Shown here: positions 26,256 to 34,320 of the stretch, one piece after another
How positions within the stretch are numbered: position 1 is the stretch's first letter
How the letters are laid out: the number at the start of each line of letters is the position of its first letter
NCBI GenBank assembly: GCA_031270335.1
Contig: JAISXV010000035.1
Location: 1-42,589, forward strand
DNA from: Prevotellaceae bacterium
GTDB lineage: Bacteria > Bacteroidota > Bacteroidia > Bacteroidales > UBA932
Reading direction: 5' to 3'
DNA: 42,589 bases
Notes under the pieces: generated by a model
Seen by the model: the letters and a program-made list of their open reading frames with translations, nothing else
Told to the model about the DNA's origin: nothing
Database searches by the model: none
Made by a program: the position numbers and the translations under genes

Positions 26256-28124
26256 TTATCTACCAAAATAAACCAACAAAACCGAAATATCTGCCGGAGA
26301 GACGCCGGGAATACGTGCTGCCTGACCTATTGTTGCCGGTTTGATTTTCGAAAGTTTTTGGCGTGATTCTATTGATAAAGATTTTAGCCGTGAATAATCG
26401 AAATCTTTCGGAATAACGATTTCATTTAAACGTTTTATTTTATCGGCAGTTTGTTGTTCACGCTCAATATATCCTTCATACTTAATAAAAATTTCTACCG
26501 CCTCCAATATTTCTTCAGTCCGAAAATCTATCTCCCCTACCCTGCTCTGCAATTCGGGAACAAGCGAAATCAAATCCGATAATCCGACTTCCGGACGTAA
26601 CAGAATATCCGACAGTTTACGTGACTGCGTTATCAACGAAGAATTTACAGACGACAAAAAAGGATTAACTGCATCCGCCGCAACATTGTTACTTTTAATA
26701 AAATCACACAATTCGGCAAATTTTTGCTTCTTTCTCAAAAAATTATTGTAACGATCATTTTTAATCAACCCCAAATTGTATCCCAAAGTTGTCAAACGGA
26801 AATCGGCATTATCCTGACGCAACAAAATCCGGTACTCGGCACGCGAAGTAAACATCCGGTACGGTTCATCGACGCCTTTCATCACCAAATCGTCAATCAA
26901 CACGCCGATATACGCCTGTTCTCTGCCAAGCGTAACGGACGATTCGCCATTGATTTTCCGATGAGCGTTTATTCCAGCTATTAAACCCTGAGCAGCAGCC
27001 TCTTCATAACCTGTTGTTCCGTTGATTTGTCCCGCAAAAAAGAGGTTTTGAATCTTTTTTGTTTCCAGAGAATGATACAGTTGCACAGGCGGAAAATAAT
27101 CGTATTCAATAGCATATCCGGGACGAAAAAACTTTGCTTCTTCCAAACCTTTCACCTTGTGTAACGCCTTCAACTGAACATCCATAGGAAGCGACGACGA
27201 AAATCCATTAATATAATACTCGTTAGTATCAACGCCTTCGGGTTCGATAAACAGATGATGACTGTCCTTATCGGCGAAAGTCCTTATCTTGTCTTCAATA
27301 CTCGGACAATATCTCGGACCAACACCTTTTATAATTCCCGTAAAGAGTGGAGATTGCGAAAATCCTTCCTTCAAAATATCGTGAACTTCAACAGAAGTGT
27401 GGGTAATGTAACAACTTCGCTGCGGTAAAATAAATCCTTTGCCTGAAATATATGAAAAATGACCCTCGTCATCGCCTTTTTGCTTGTGCATAACCGAAAA
27501 ATCTATTGTCCTGCCATCGACACGCGCAGGAGTGCCGGTTTTCATTCTTCCCGCCTCAAATCCCAAAGCGACAAGTTGCTCGGTGATGCCATACGAAGCC
27601 AACTCCCCTACCCTGCCGCCACAAGTCTGTGACATTCCGACATGAATCAATCCATCAAGAAACGTACCAGCTGTCAAAATCACAGAACGAGCGCCAAACG
27701 AAGCCCCAAGAACAGTTTTAACGCCAACAACGCTACCATTTTCAATAATCAAGCCCAAAACCATGTCCTGCCAAAAAAACAGATTCGGCAAACTTTCGAG
27801 AATATTTCTCCATTCGACGGAAAAACGAAACCTGTCGCATTGAGAGCGAGGACTCCACATAGCCGGACCTTTCGAACGGTTTAACATCCGGAACTGTATC
27901 GACGAACGATCAGTTACTACAGCCGTATATCCTCCTAAAGCGTCTATCTCACGTACAATCTGCCCTTTAGCGATTCCGCCAATAGCCGGATTACACGACA
28001 TTGCCGCAAATTTAGTCATATCCGCAGTAATTAAAAGCGTCTGCGAACCCATGTTTGCGGCGGCAGCAGCGGCTTCGCATCCCGCATGTCCACCGCCAAT
28101 AACTATAATATCATAATTGGTCAT
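26256..28124 (-). CDS. mnmG: tRNA uridine-5-carboxymethylaminomethyl(34) synthesis enzyme MnmG (GidA)
   Basis: 622 aa with the FAD-binding N-terminus YDIIVIGGGHAGCEAA, plus GRMKTGTPARVD and the conserved C-terminal GVSPADISVLLVY. Confidence 0.95.
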   Translation of the reverse strand: MTNYDIIVIGGGHAGCEAAAAAANMGSQTLLITADMTKFAAMSCNPAIGGIAKGQIVREIDALGGYTAVVTDRSSIQFRMLNRSKGPAMWSPRSQCDRFRFSVEWRNILESLPNLFFWQDMVLGLIIENGSVVGVKTVLGASFGARSVILTAGTFLDGLIHVGMSQTCGGRVGELASYGITEQLVALGFEAGRMKTGTPARVDGRTIDFSVMHKQKGDDEGHFSYISGKGFILPQRSCYITHTSVEVHDILKEGFSQSPLFTGIIKGVGPRYCPSIEDKIRTFADKDSHHLFIEPEGVDTNEYYINGFSSSLPMDVQLKALHKVKGLEEAKFFRPGYAIEYDYFPPVQLYHSLETKKIQNLFFAGQINGTTGYEEAAAQGLIAGINAHRKINGESSVTLGREQAYIGVLIDDLVMKGVDEPYRMFTSRAEYRILLRQDNADFRLTTLGYNLGLIKNDRYNNFLRKKQKFAELCDFIKSNNVAADAVNPFLSSVNSSLITQSRKLSDILLRPEVGLSDLISLVPELQSRVGEIDFRTEEILEAVEIFIKYEGYIEREQQTADKIKRLNEIVIPKDFDYSRLKSLSIESRQKLSKIKPATIGQAARIPGVSPADISVLLVYFGR

Positions 28125-28512
28125 TTTATTCTTATCATATTTTAATTTATATATTTTTTATTCTTTTTTAAATATAATAAAATATTATATGCCGTGAATA
28201 TGTTGATAACTTATTTTATTAACAGTAACAACGTATCGAAATTGTTTTTATTAACATGTTATTAACATCTAAATTTTGCATATTGTCTTATTTTACTGAT
28301 TATTACTAATAATTATCCACGCTGTTCACAATGTTTACCTGTTGATAAAAAAATAGTTTTCAACAACTGTTAATTCTATAAAAACGGTTGAAAAAATTTT
28401 GATGAAAAATGAAAATTTTATTTTGAGAATACTTTTTCATTTCTGTATATACAAATTTTAGAATTAACATAATTTATTTTTCATAAATGATTAAAAAGTT
28501 ATTAACCGTTTT
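28125..28512. other. AT-rich spacer with clustered DnaA-box-like 9-mers (candidate oriC or DnaA-binding region)
   Basis: TTATCCACG at 28313-28321. TGTTGATAA (reverse complement TTATCAACA) at 28201-28209 and 28340-28348. TTTTCAACA at 28357-28365. TTATTAACA at 28217, 28249 and 28260. A nearly pure A/T stretch at 28131-28190. Adjacent to mnmG/gidA. Confidence 0.3.
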
Positions 28513-29958
28513 TTAACCGTTTCTTAACATATCCTTAACAACTTCTAACATTCCTTTTTCCTGAATATCAGTAAGATAATTTGCGACCTTATTTGCGAGA
28601 CCTTCAATTTCGTTAAGGTCTTCGCCCCAGATGAATCGAGCGGCAAGAACGCCTTTTGCAACCTCTTCCGCGGAACCTGTACTCCATAAAGAATGCAGTA
28701 AATCAACGATTTTTGGATCGTCCTGTACGACTATTTCGTCTGTTCCGCGTTTTCCGCCTTTGTAGTAAGTAATGATAGCCGCCAAACCTAATGTAAGTCC
28801 TTCAGGCAAAACGTTTTTCCGCTTGAGATATGTCTTCAAACCCGGCAAATCGCGGGTCTTGTATTTCGGAAAAGAGTTGAGCATGATGCTTGTTACGTTG
28901 TGTTTAACGAATGGGTTACGGAAACGGTCGAGTACGTCGTTGGCAAATTTTATCAGTTCGTCTTCCGGAAGATTCAAGGTTGGAAGCAATTCGTCGAACA
29001 TCACTTTGCAGACGTAAGCGCCGATTGTTGCATCTTCGACACATTCACGCACAGTGTTTAGCCCCGACAGATAACCCACAGGCGATAGAACGGTGTGCGG
29101 ACCATTTAATAACGTCACTTTCCGTTCGTGATAAGGTTCTTCGCTCGGAACAAACAGCACGTTCAATCCTGCTTTGTCGGCTGGAAACTCCTGTGCCACA
29201 GTTTCTGGCGCTTCGATTACCCACAAATGGAATATTTCGCCTTCGACTAACAGTTTATCGTCGAAACCCGTCTTTATGTTGATTTCACCGGCTGTTTCAC
29301 GTGGATATCCGGGTACAATCCGGTCAACCAGAGTGCTGTATATTGCACAGTGTTTGTTTACCCAGTTACTGAAATCTTTGTCCAAGTTCCAGTGTTCGAT
29401 GTATTTGTTGATGCATTCTTTAAGAACGCGTCCGTTTTCGAAAATCAGTTCGCAAGGGAAGATAATGAATCCTTTGTCTTCGGCGCCGTCGAATGTTTTG
29501 TAACGATGATGCAGCAGTTGAACGAGTTTCGCCGGATAACTGTTTGCGGGTTTGTCGTCGAATTTACATTCGGAATCGAAGGCTATTCCGGCTTCGGTGG
29601 TGTTCGAGATAACAAATCGCATATCAGGGTTTTCGGCGAGTTTCAGATATGCCTCGAATTGCGTATAAGGATTTATCCCGCGACTGACAACGTCGATAAG
29701 TTGAGTGTTATACACCGGCTCGCCTTTGTCAATGCCTTTCAGAATAAGATGATAAAGCCCATCCTGTGCGTTGAGGGTTTCGACCATGCCATTCGGTATT
29801 GGCTGAACTATCACAACACTGCTGTCGAAACCGGCTTTTTCGTTCATGTTCCAGACTATCCAGTCGATAAATGCACGCAAAAAATTTCCTTCTCCAAACT
29901 GTATGATACGTTCGGTATATTGCTTATTAGTAGTTGTTTGTCTATTTAATAATTTCAT
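28513..29958 (-). CDS. uxaB: tagaturonate reductase (altronate oxidoreductase), mannitol dehydrogenase family
   Basis: 481 aa. N-terminal IIQFGEGNFLRAFIDW Rossmann start and the mannitol-dehydrogenase C-terminal domain pattern, typical of UxaB. Confidence 0.8.
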   Translation of the reverse strand: MKLLNRQTTTNKQYTERIIQFGEGNFLRAFIDWIVWNMNEKAGFDSSVVIVQPIPNGMVETLNAQDGLYHLILKGIDKGEPVYNTQLIDVVSRGINPYTQFEAYLKLAENPDMRFVISNTTEAGIAFDSECKFDDKPANSYPAKLVQLLHHRYKTFDGAEDKGFIIFPCELIFENGRVLKECINKYIEHWNLDKDFSNWVNKHCAIYSTLVDRIVPGYPRETAGEINIKTGFDDKLLVEGEIFHLWVIEAPETVAQEFPADKAGLNVLFVPSEEPYHERKVTLLNGPHTVLSPVGYLSGLNTVRECVEDATIGAYVCKVMFDELLPTLNLPEDELIKFANDVLDRFRNPFVKHNVTSIMLNSFPKYKTRDLPGLKTYLKRKNVLPEGLTLGLAAIITYYKGGKRGTDEIVVQDDPKIVDLLHSLWSTGSAEEVAKGVLAARFIWGEDLNEIEGLANKVANYLTDIQEKGMLEVVKDMLRNG

Positions 29959-29992
29959 TGTAACTAATTAAAATTTCTTTAAAATACCGGGT

Positions 29993-30000
29993 CAAAAGTA
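29993..30000 (-). promoter_or_regulatory. -7 promoter box TACTTTTG upstream of uxaB
   Basis: TAnnTTTG match 35 nt upstream of the start at 29958. Confidence 0.45.
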
Positions 30001-30209
30001 TGAAATATTTTGCAAACCGGTCATGAAAGAGAATCCGGTAGATTTGGTATTTCTGAAATACAAATGCCCGGAGCGTCCCGAAAACAACGCTGGTGATATT
30101 AAGAAAAGTAATAAACGTTTTATATCTGAATAACAGTAATTTGCAAGTCCGTTTTTCGTATAGATGTAAAATTATTTCTGTTTTTTGCGTAATAAACGGG
30201 ACAAATGAT

Positions 30210-30217
30210 TACCTTTG
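30210..30217 (+). promoter_or_regulatory. -7 promoter box TACCTTTG upstream of the 30291 gene
   Basis: TAnnTTTG match 74 nt upstream of the start. Confidence 0.4.
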
Positions 30218-30290
30218 CAAAAATATTTGGAATGAAAGTCATCGGATAAATAATTGATAAAATTTATAACACCAATATAGCTGCATAAAA

Positions 30291-31001
30291 ATGAAACAAC
30301 ATGAACAGGTTATAGAAGTTATGAGGCAAAATGGAGGCTTTGCCACACTTGGTTTTCTTAACAAAATTGTAGATGTATCGGATTGGAGGACGAAAACCCC
30401 ATTTGCATCCATTAGAAGAATAGTTCAAAACGACCGGGTTTTCTTTAAAATAAAACCCGGTCTTTGGGCTTTAAAAGAATCCAAACTTGAAATCTTGAAA
30501 AAGTTTGAACTACAAAATTCTCCCCAAAAAGAACAAGATTTCTCGCACTCATATTTTCAAGGTTTGTTACTCGAAATTGGGCATCTAAGAGGATATAATA
30601 CTTACATTCCGGCACAAGATAAAAACAAATTATTCCTGAATAAAACTTTAGGAAGTGTTTCTACTTTAAATACGATTCTTGATTTTAGCTATCAGCACAT
30701 TACTAAAAGAGCCCAAACTATTGATGTTATATGGTTTAACGAGAGAAATCTACCAAATTCCTTTTTTGAAGTCGAACATTCAACAGATATGCAAAATTCG
30801 CTTCTCAAATTTAATGACCTTCAAGATTTTTATTCAAAATTTTATATACTGAGCGCTATTGCAAGAAAAAGAGAATTTGAACAAAAAATTTCATATTCTG
30901 CATTTAAAGATATTAAAGATAGAGTCAAGTTTATCGACTACGAATTTGTTTCAGCTTTACATACTAAAAGTTTTGAATTCGAAAAATTAGGAAAATTATA
31001 A
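30291..31001 (+). CDS. hypothetical protein: N-terminal HARE-HTH-like winged helix plus a C-terminal possible PD-(D/E)XK-type nuclease core
   Basis: 236 aa. The N-terminus EQVIEVMRQNGGFATLGFLNKIV...IRRIVQNDRVFFKIKPGLWALKE fits the winged-helix pattern that ends in F-x-[RK]-x(2,3)-G-x-W-x-L. The C-terminus has HSYFQGLLLEIGHLRGY...IDVIWFNERNLPNSFFEVEHSTD (Asp, then 13 residues, then E-x-E-H). Confidence 0.55.
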   Translation: MKQHEQVIEVMRQNGGFATLGFLNKIVDVSDWRTKTPFASIRRIVQNDRVFFKIKPGLWALKESKLEILKKFELQNSPQKEQDFSHSYFQGLLLEIGHLRGYNTYIPAQDKNKLFLNKTLGSVSTLNTILDFSYQHITKRAQTIDVIWFNERNLPNSFFEVEHSTDMQNSLLKFNDLQDFYSKFYILSAIARKREFEQKISYSAFKDIKDRVKFIDYEFVSALHTKSFEFEKLGKL

Positions 31002-31004
31002 ATT

Positions 31005-31193
31005 ATGGAAATATTTAAAATTGAAATTCGGGAACTTTTGTCAAGAACAATTGAAATTCAGGCAAATAATATTGAAGACGCAATCACTATTGCAAACAAA
31101 ATGTACAAGAAAGAAGAAATTGTTTTGGACTACAGTGATTTGATGTTACAAGAAATAATCCCTTCTGATTTAATTGAAGAGAATAATTATTGA
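31005..31193 (+). CDS. DpnD/PcfM-like small protein
   Basis: 62 aa. MEIFKIEIRELLSRTIEIQANNIEDAITIANKMYKKEEIVLDYSDL matches my recollection of the DpnD/PcfM family pattern (F-K-V-x-I-x-E...V-E-A-x-[ST]-x-E-E-A...Y-x-x-E-E-I-V-L-D). Starts 3 nt after the upstream stop. Confidence 0.6.
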   Translation: MEIFKIEIRELLSRTIEIQANNIEDAITIANKMYKKEEIVLDYSDLMLQEIIPSDLIEENNY

Positions 31194-31258
31194 TTATCTC
31201 TATCTTGACAAAAAAGGTGCTGAAATTGGTTAAAGTTCTTTTTTTACAATATTTGTTA

Positions 31259-31266
31259 TAATTTTG
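31259..31266 (+). promoter_or_regulatory. -7 promoter box TAATTTTG upstream of the tdh-like gene
   Basis: TAnnTTTG match 56 nt upstream of 31322. A hairpin with a T-run lies between this box and the start codon. Confidence 0.35.
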
Positions 31267-31277
31267 CGCAAAATTTT

Positions 31278-31303
31278 AAACGTCTATTAGATGGCGTTTT
31301 TTT
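31278..31303 (+). terminator. hairpin plus T-run, either terminator of the two-gene unit or leader attenuator of tdh
   Basis: AAACGTC, an 8-nt loop, GGCGTTT, then TTTT. It lies 85 nt after the stop at 31193 and 19 nt before the tdh start. Confidence 0.4.
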
Positions 31304-31321
31304 ATATAACAAGTTGTATAA

Positions 31322-32281
31322 ATGAAGAATATATTAATAATAGGTTCTACGGGACAGATAGGATCAGAACTTACAATGACGCTGAGAGCGAAATACGGAG
31401 ACTCAAATGTCGTTGCCGGATTTATCAAAGGAGCCGAACCTAAGGGAAAATTGCTCGAATCAGGACCCGCCGAAGAAGCCGATATCACAAACCCTGCTCA
31501 AATAACCGGAATTGTGAAAAAATATAAAATCGATACCATATATAATATGGCGGCTTTGCTTTCGGCGACGGCAGAAGCTAAACCTCAACTCGCATGGAAA
31601 ATAGGTGTAGAAGGGCTTTTCAATGTGTTGGAGATTGCCGGAGAAATGAAATGCGCAGTATTCACTCCGAGTTCGATAGGCGCTTTCGGAACCAATACGC
31701 CAAAAGATAACACGCCTCAAGATACCGTACAACGTCCTCAAACTATGTATGGCGTCACAAAAGTGACGGGCGAACTGCTTAGCGATTATTATTTTAAACG
31801 TTTTGGCGTCGATACGCGTTCGGTGCGTTATCCGGGGTTGATTTCGCATGTTACCGCTCCTGGCGGCGGAACTACCGATTATGCGGTAGAAATTTTCTAT
31901 TCGGCAGTGAAGGGCGAAGTGTTCAAATCGCCAATAGCAGCAGGGACGTTTATGGATATGATGTATATGCCCGACGCTCTGTCTGCTGCAATCAAACTCA
32001 TGGAAGCAGACCCGTCCAAACTCGTTCATCGTAATTCGTTCAACATCACTGCCATGAGTTTTGACCCCGAAATGTTGAAATCAACAATTCTCAAATATGT
32101 TCCCGATTTCAAAATGGAATATCAAATTGACCCTGTTCGTCAGGCAATTGCCGACAGTTGGCCCAACAGTTTAGACGATAGTTGCGCAAGAGAAGAATGG
32201 GGCTGGTCGCCTCAGTATAATCTTGATACAATGACTAAAAATATGTTGGAAGAACTGAATATTAAATATTTGATGAAATAA
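31322..32281 (+). CDS. tdh: NAD-dependent epimerase/dehydratase family protein, probable L-threonine 3-dehydrogenase
   Basis: 319 aa with the Rossmann motif IIGSTGQIGSEL and the catalytic YxxxK (YGVTK). Length and N-terminus resemble the short-chain, GalE-like TDH group. Confidence 0.7.
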   Translation: MKNILIIGSTGQIGSELTMTLRAKYGDSNVVAGFIKGAEPKGKLLESGPAEEADITNPAQITGIVKKYKIDTIYNMAALLSATAEAKPQLAWKIGVEGLFNVLEIAGEMKCAVFTPSSIGAFGTNTPKDNTPQDTVQRPQTMYGVTKVTGELLSDYYFKRFGVDTRSVRYPGLISHVTAPGGGTTDYAVEIFYSAVKGEVFKSPIAAGTFMDMMYMPDALSAAIKLMEADPSKLVHRNSFNITAMSFDPEMLKSTILKYVPDFKMEYQIDPVRQAIADSWPNSLDDSCAREEWGWSPQYNLDTMTKNMLEELNIKYLMK

Positions 32282-32330
32282 TAATAAAAGCGAACAATTA
32301 ATACATACCACCGTATCCTAACAAATATGC

Positions 32331-32363
32331 AAAGACCACAAAGTTTTTTTCTTTGTGGTCTTT
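32331..32363. terminator. bidirectional terminator-like hairpin between convergent genes
   Basis: 13-bp perfect stem AAAGACCACAAAG / CTTTGTGGTCTTT with a TTTTTTT loop. Confidence 0.6.
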
Positions 32364-32388
32364 GTGTCTTTATAGTACATTCAATTAA

Positions 32389-34299
32389 TTAGTACACCGT
32401 ATTTTGCGGGTCGAAATTAGCCCAGCCTGTGGTCCAGTTGCTGTCTTTGGTTTCGTTTGGACCGAAAGCGCCATGGTAGGCGACTTTTTCGAATCCTGAA
32501 GAAATTTTCGCGTTTGTCCAGTCTGCGCCCGTTGCGAGGGGACTGCCGGATGCAAGGTAGTAGTTACCGGACAATTTGAGGTCTGCAAGAGTGGCAGTAT
32601 GGTTTCCACCGCCAGAGCGGTTGAAATAATTGTCAATGAAACTACCGTCGTCATCCGGATTGAATACCGAAGACGATTTCCAGTATTGTGCATTTTGGAA
32701 ATTCTTTATTGTTCCGGCAAGATAGCAGTTGGCAATATTCAGTTTCCCGTCTGTAGCCCACTGTTGCGTGGTCGAACCTTTGTCGTTTTCGATGATGATA
32801 CCGATGGGGAAGGCTGTAATCACCGAATTGAAGATGTTCAACTGCGTGTTGCGGCGGAGGTGCAACCCCGCTTGGAAACGAGCGTCAACCGTGCTTCCGT
32901 TCACGCCGGCGCGATCGGTATAGTTTGCAGGGTCAGACACCGGTCCAAAAAGACTCACGTTGGCAAAGACGGCGCCGGTATAAGGTTCGATTGCCGAGCC
33001 TGCGGAATTATTGTCTGACTCAAAGCCGTTTGACGCCGACTTGTCGCCGATTTCGGGGTCGCGGATATCCAGAGCAAACTGTATTTTTCCGCTGAAACCG
33101 TTGTCGGTATCGAAATCATCGTCCCAGCCGTGATAAGCAATCAAATGATTAGCGTTCACTGTTCCGCCGAACCACTCGAAAGAATCGTCGCCCGAATGAG
33201 AAACTTGAACATACTCAACAACCGTAGCGTCGCCTACCGAGCCGAATGTGATACCGTTGATTTCGTTATCGGGAGAATACTCTATTCCGGCAAATTCCAC
33301 TCTTACGTATTTCAACGTTCCCGAATTGTCGTGCGGTTCGTTTCCGCCATGTTTCGAGCGCACGCCGCCTTCGATAGTCTGTTCGCCGGCGTTGTTGGGC
33401 GCTTTACCCAGCAGGATAAGACCTCCCCAGTCGCCCGGCTTGCGACTTCCGGTAGCCTGATTCGAAGTGAACACGATTGGAAGTTCAGCCGTTCCTTCAG
33501 CAATGATTTTGCCTCCGCGTTCGACAATCAAAGTCCCTTTGCTTGCCTTGTCGCCTCTGATGATTACTCCCGGTTCGATAGTCAAAGTCGTACCGCTCGT
33601 TACATACACAAATCCTTTAAGGATGTAAGTGTTAGGATACGTCAACGTCTGATTGCTTTTGATTTCATAAGCATCCGAGCCGTCGCCCAAATCCACAATG
33701 CCTGTAACCGTTACTTCGCATGTAGCCGTTTTGCCGTTTATGGCAGTAGCGGTAATGGTAGTTGTACCGACGGCTTTTGCCGTTATTTCTCCTGTCGAAA
33801 CGTTAATGTCGGCGACGTCCGTTGTACTGCTGGTCCATGTAACAGTTTTGTTGGTTGCATCTTGAGGCTCGACAGTTACCGTGAACGGCGTACTTTTTTC
33901 GCCTGCCTTAATGGTAAATTCAGCAGGAATAATTGTTACCGAAGTTACTTCTACAACGTTCTCTGCAACCGTTATTTTACATTCAGCTGTTTTACCGTTT
34001 GCAGTGGCTGTAATGATAGTTGTACCGACAGTTTTTGCCGTTACTTCTCTTGTCGAACCGTCAATGTCAGCGACCGCCGGCGCACTGCTGTTCCATGTAA
34101 CAGTTTTGTCGGTTGCATTTTGAGGCTCAATGGTTACCGTGAGTGGCGTACTTTTTTCGCCCACCTTAATAGAAAGTTCAGCAGGAGTAATCGTTATCGA
34201 AGTTACTTCTACAGAATCGTCGTCTTTTTGACAACTTGCGCATAATAAAACTACTGCGCTCAACAGGAATAAAATCCTTCTTAATTTAAAAATTCTCAT
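32389..34299 (-). CDS. surface lipoprotein with two tandem Big_2 Ig-like domains and a large C-terminal, possibly beta-helical, domain
   Basis: 636 aa. Lipobox LLCASC. Two ~85-aa Big_2-like repeats (VEVTS[IV]TI.PAE..IK.GEKSTP.TVT.EPQ.AT.KTVTW.SS...VA...). Lies 21 nt downstream of the TonB-dependent receptor gene. Confidence 0.75.
   Translation of the reverse strand: MRIFKLRRILFLLSAVVLLCASCQKDDDSVEVTSITITPAELSIKVGEKSTPLTVTIEPQNATDKTVTWNSSAPAVADIDGSTREVTAKTVGTTIITATANGKTAECKITVAENVVEVTSVTIIPAEFTIKAGEKSTPFTVTVEPQDATNKTVTWTSSTTDVADINVSTGEITAKAVGTTTITATAINGKTATCEVTVTGIVDLGDGSDAYEIKSNQTLTYPNTYILKGFVYVTSGTTLTIEPGVIIRGDKASKGTLIVERGGKIIAEGTAELPIVFTSNQATGSRKPGDWGGLILLGKAPNNAGEQTIEGGVRSKHGGNEPHDNSGTLKYVRVEFAGIEYSPDNEINGITFGSVGDATVVEYVQVSHSGDDSFEWFGGTVNANHLIAYHGWDDDFDTDNGFSGKIQFALDIRDPEIGDKSASNGFESDNNSAGSAIEPYTGAVFANVSLFGPVSDPANYTDRAGVNGSTVDARFQAGLHLRRNTQLNIFNSVITAFPIGIIIENDKGSTTQQWATDGKLNIANCYLAGTIKNFQNAQYWKSSSVFNPDDDGSFIDNYFNRSGGGNHTATLADLKLSGNYYLASGSPLATGADWTNAKISSGFEKVAYHGAFGPNETKDSNWTTGWANFDPQNTVY
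33700..34212. repeat. ~255-bp tandem duplication encoding the two Big_2 domains
   Basis: Residues 30-113 and 115-200 align throughout. By eye the DNA is roughly 85% identical between the two units. Confidence 0.85.
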
Positions 34300-34320
34300 T
34301 TCTTGATAGTTTATTAATAT

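Noticed and set aside
26532-27613. The two GGGTAGGGGAG copies in mnmG as inserted repeat elements
   Set aside because: Each is a single word within uninterrupted MnmG sequence, and the first lies in the conserved GGR-x-G-[DE] region. No heptamer array or extra residues surround them. They are reported only as part of the word over-representation.
33130-34245. 371-aa ORF antisense to the Big_2 lipoprotein gene
   Set aside because: Its internal repetition only mirrors the Big_2 duplication on the other strand, and its Cys/Arg/Phe-rich composition is not protein-like.
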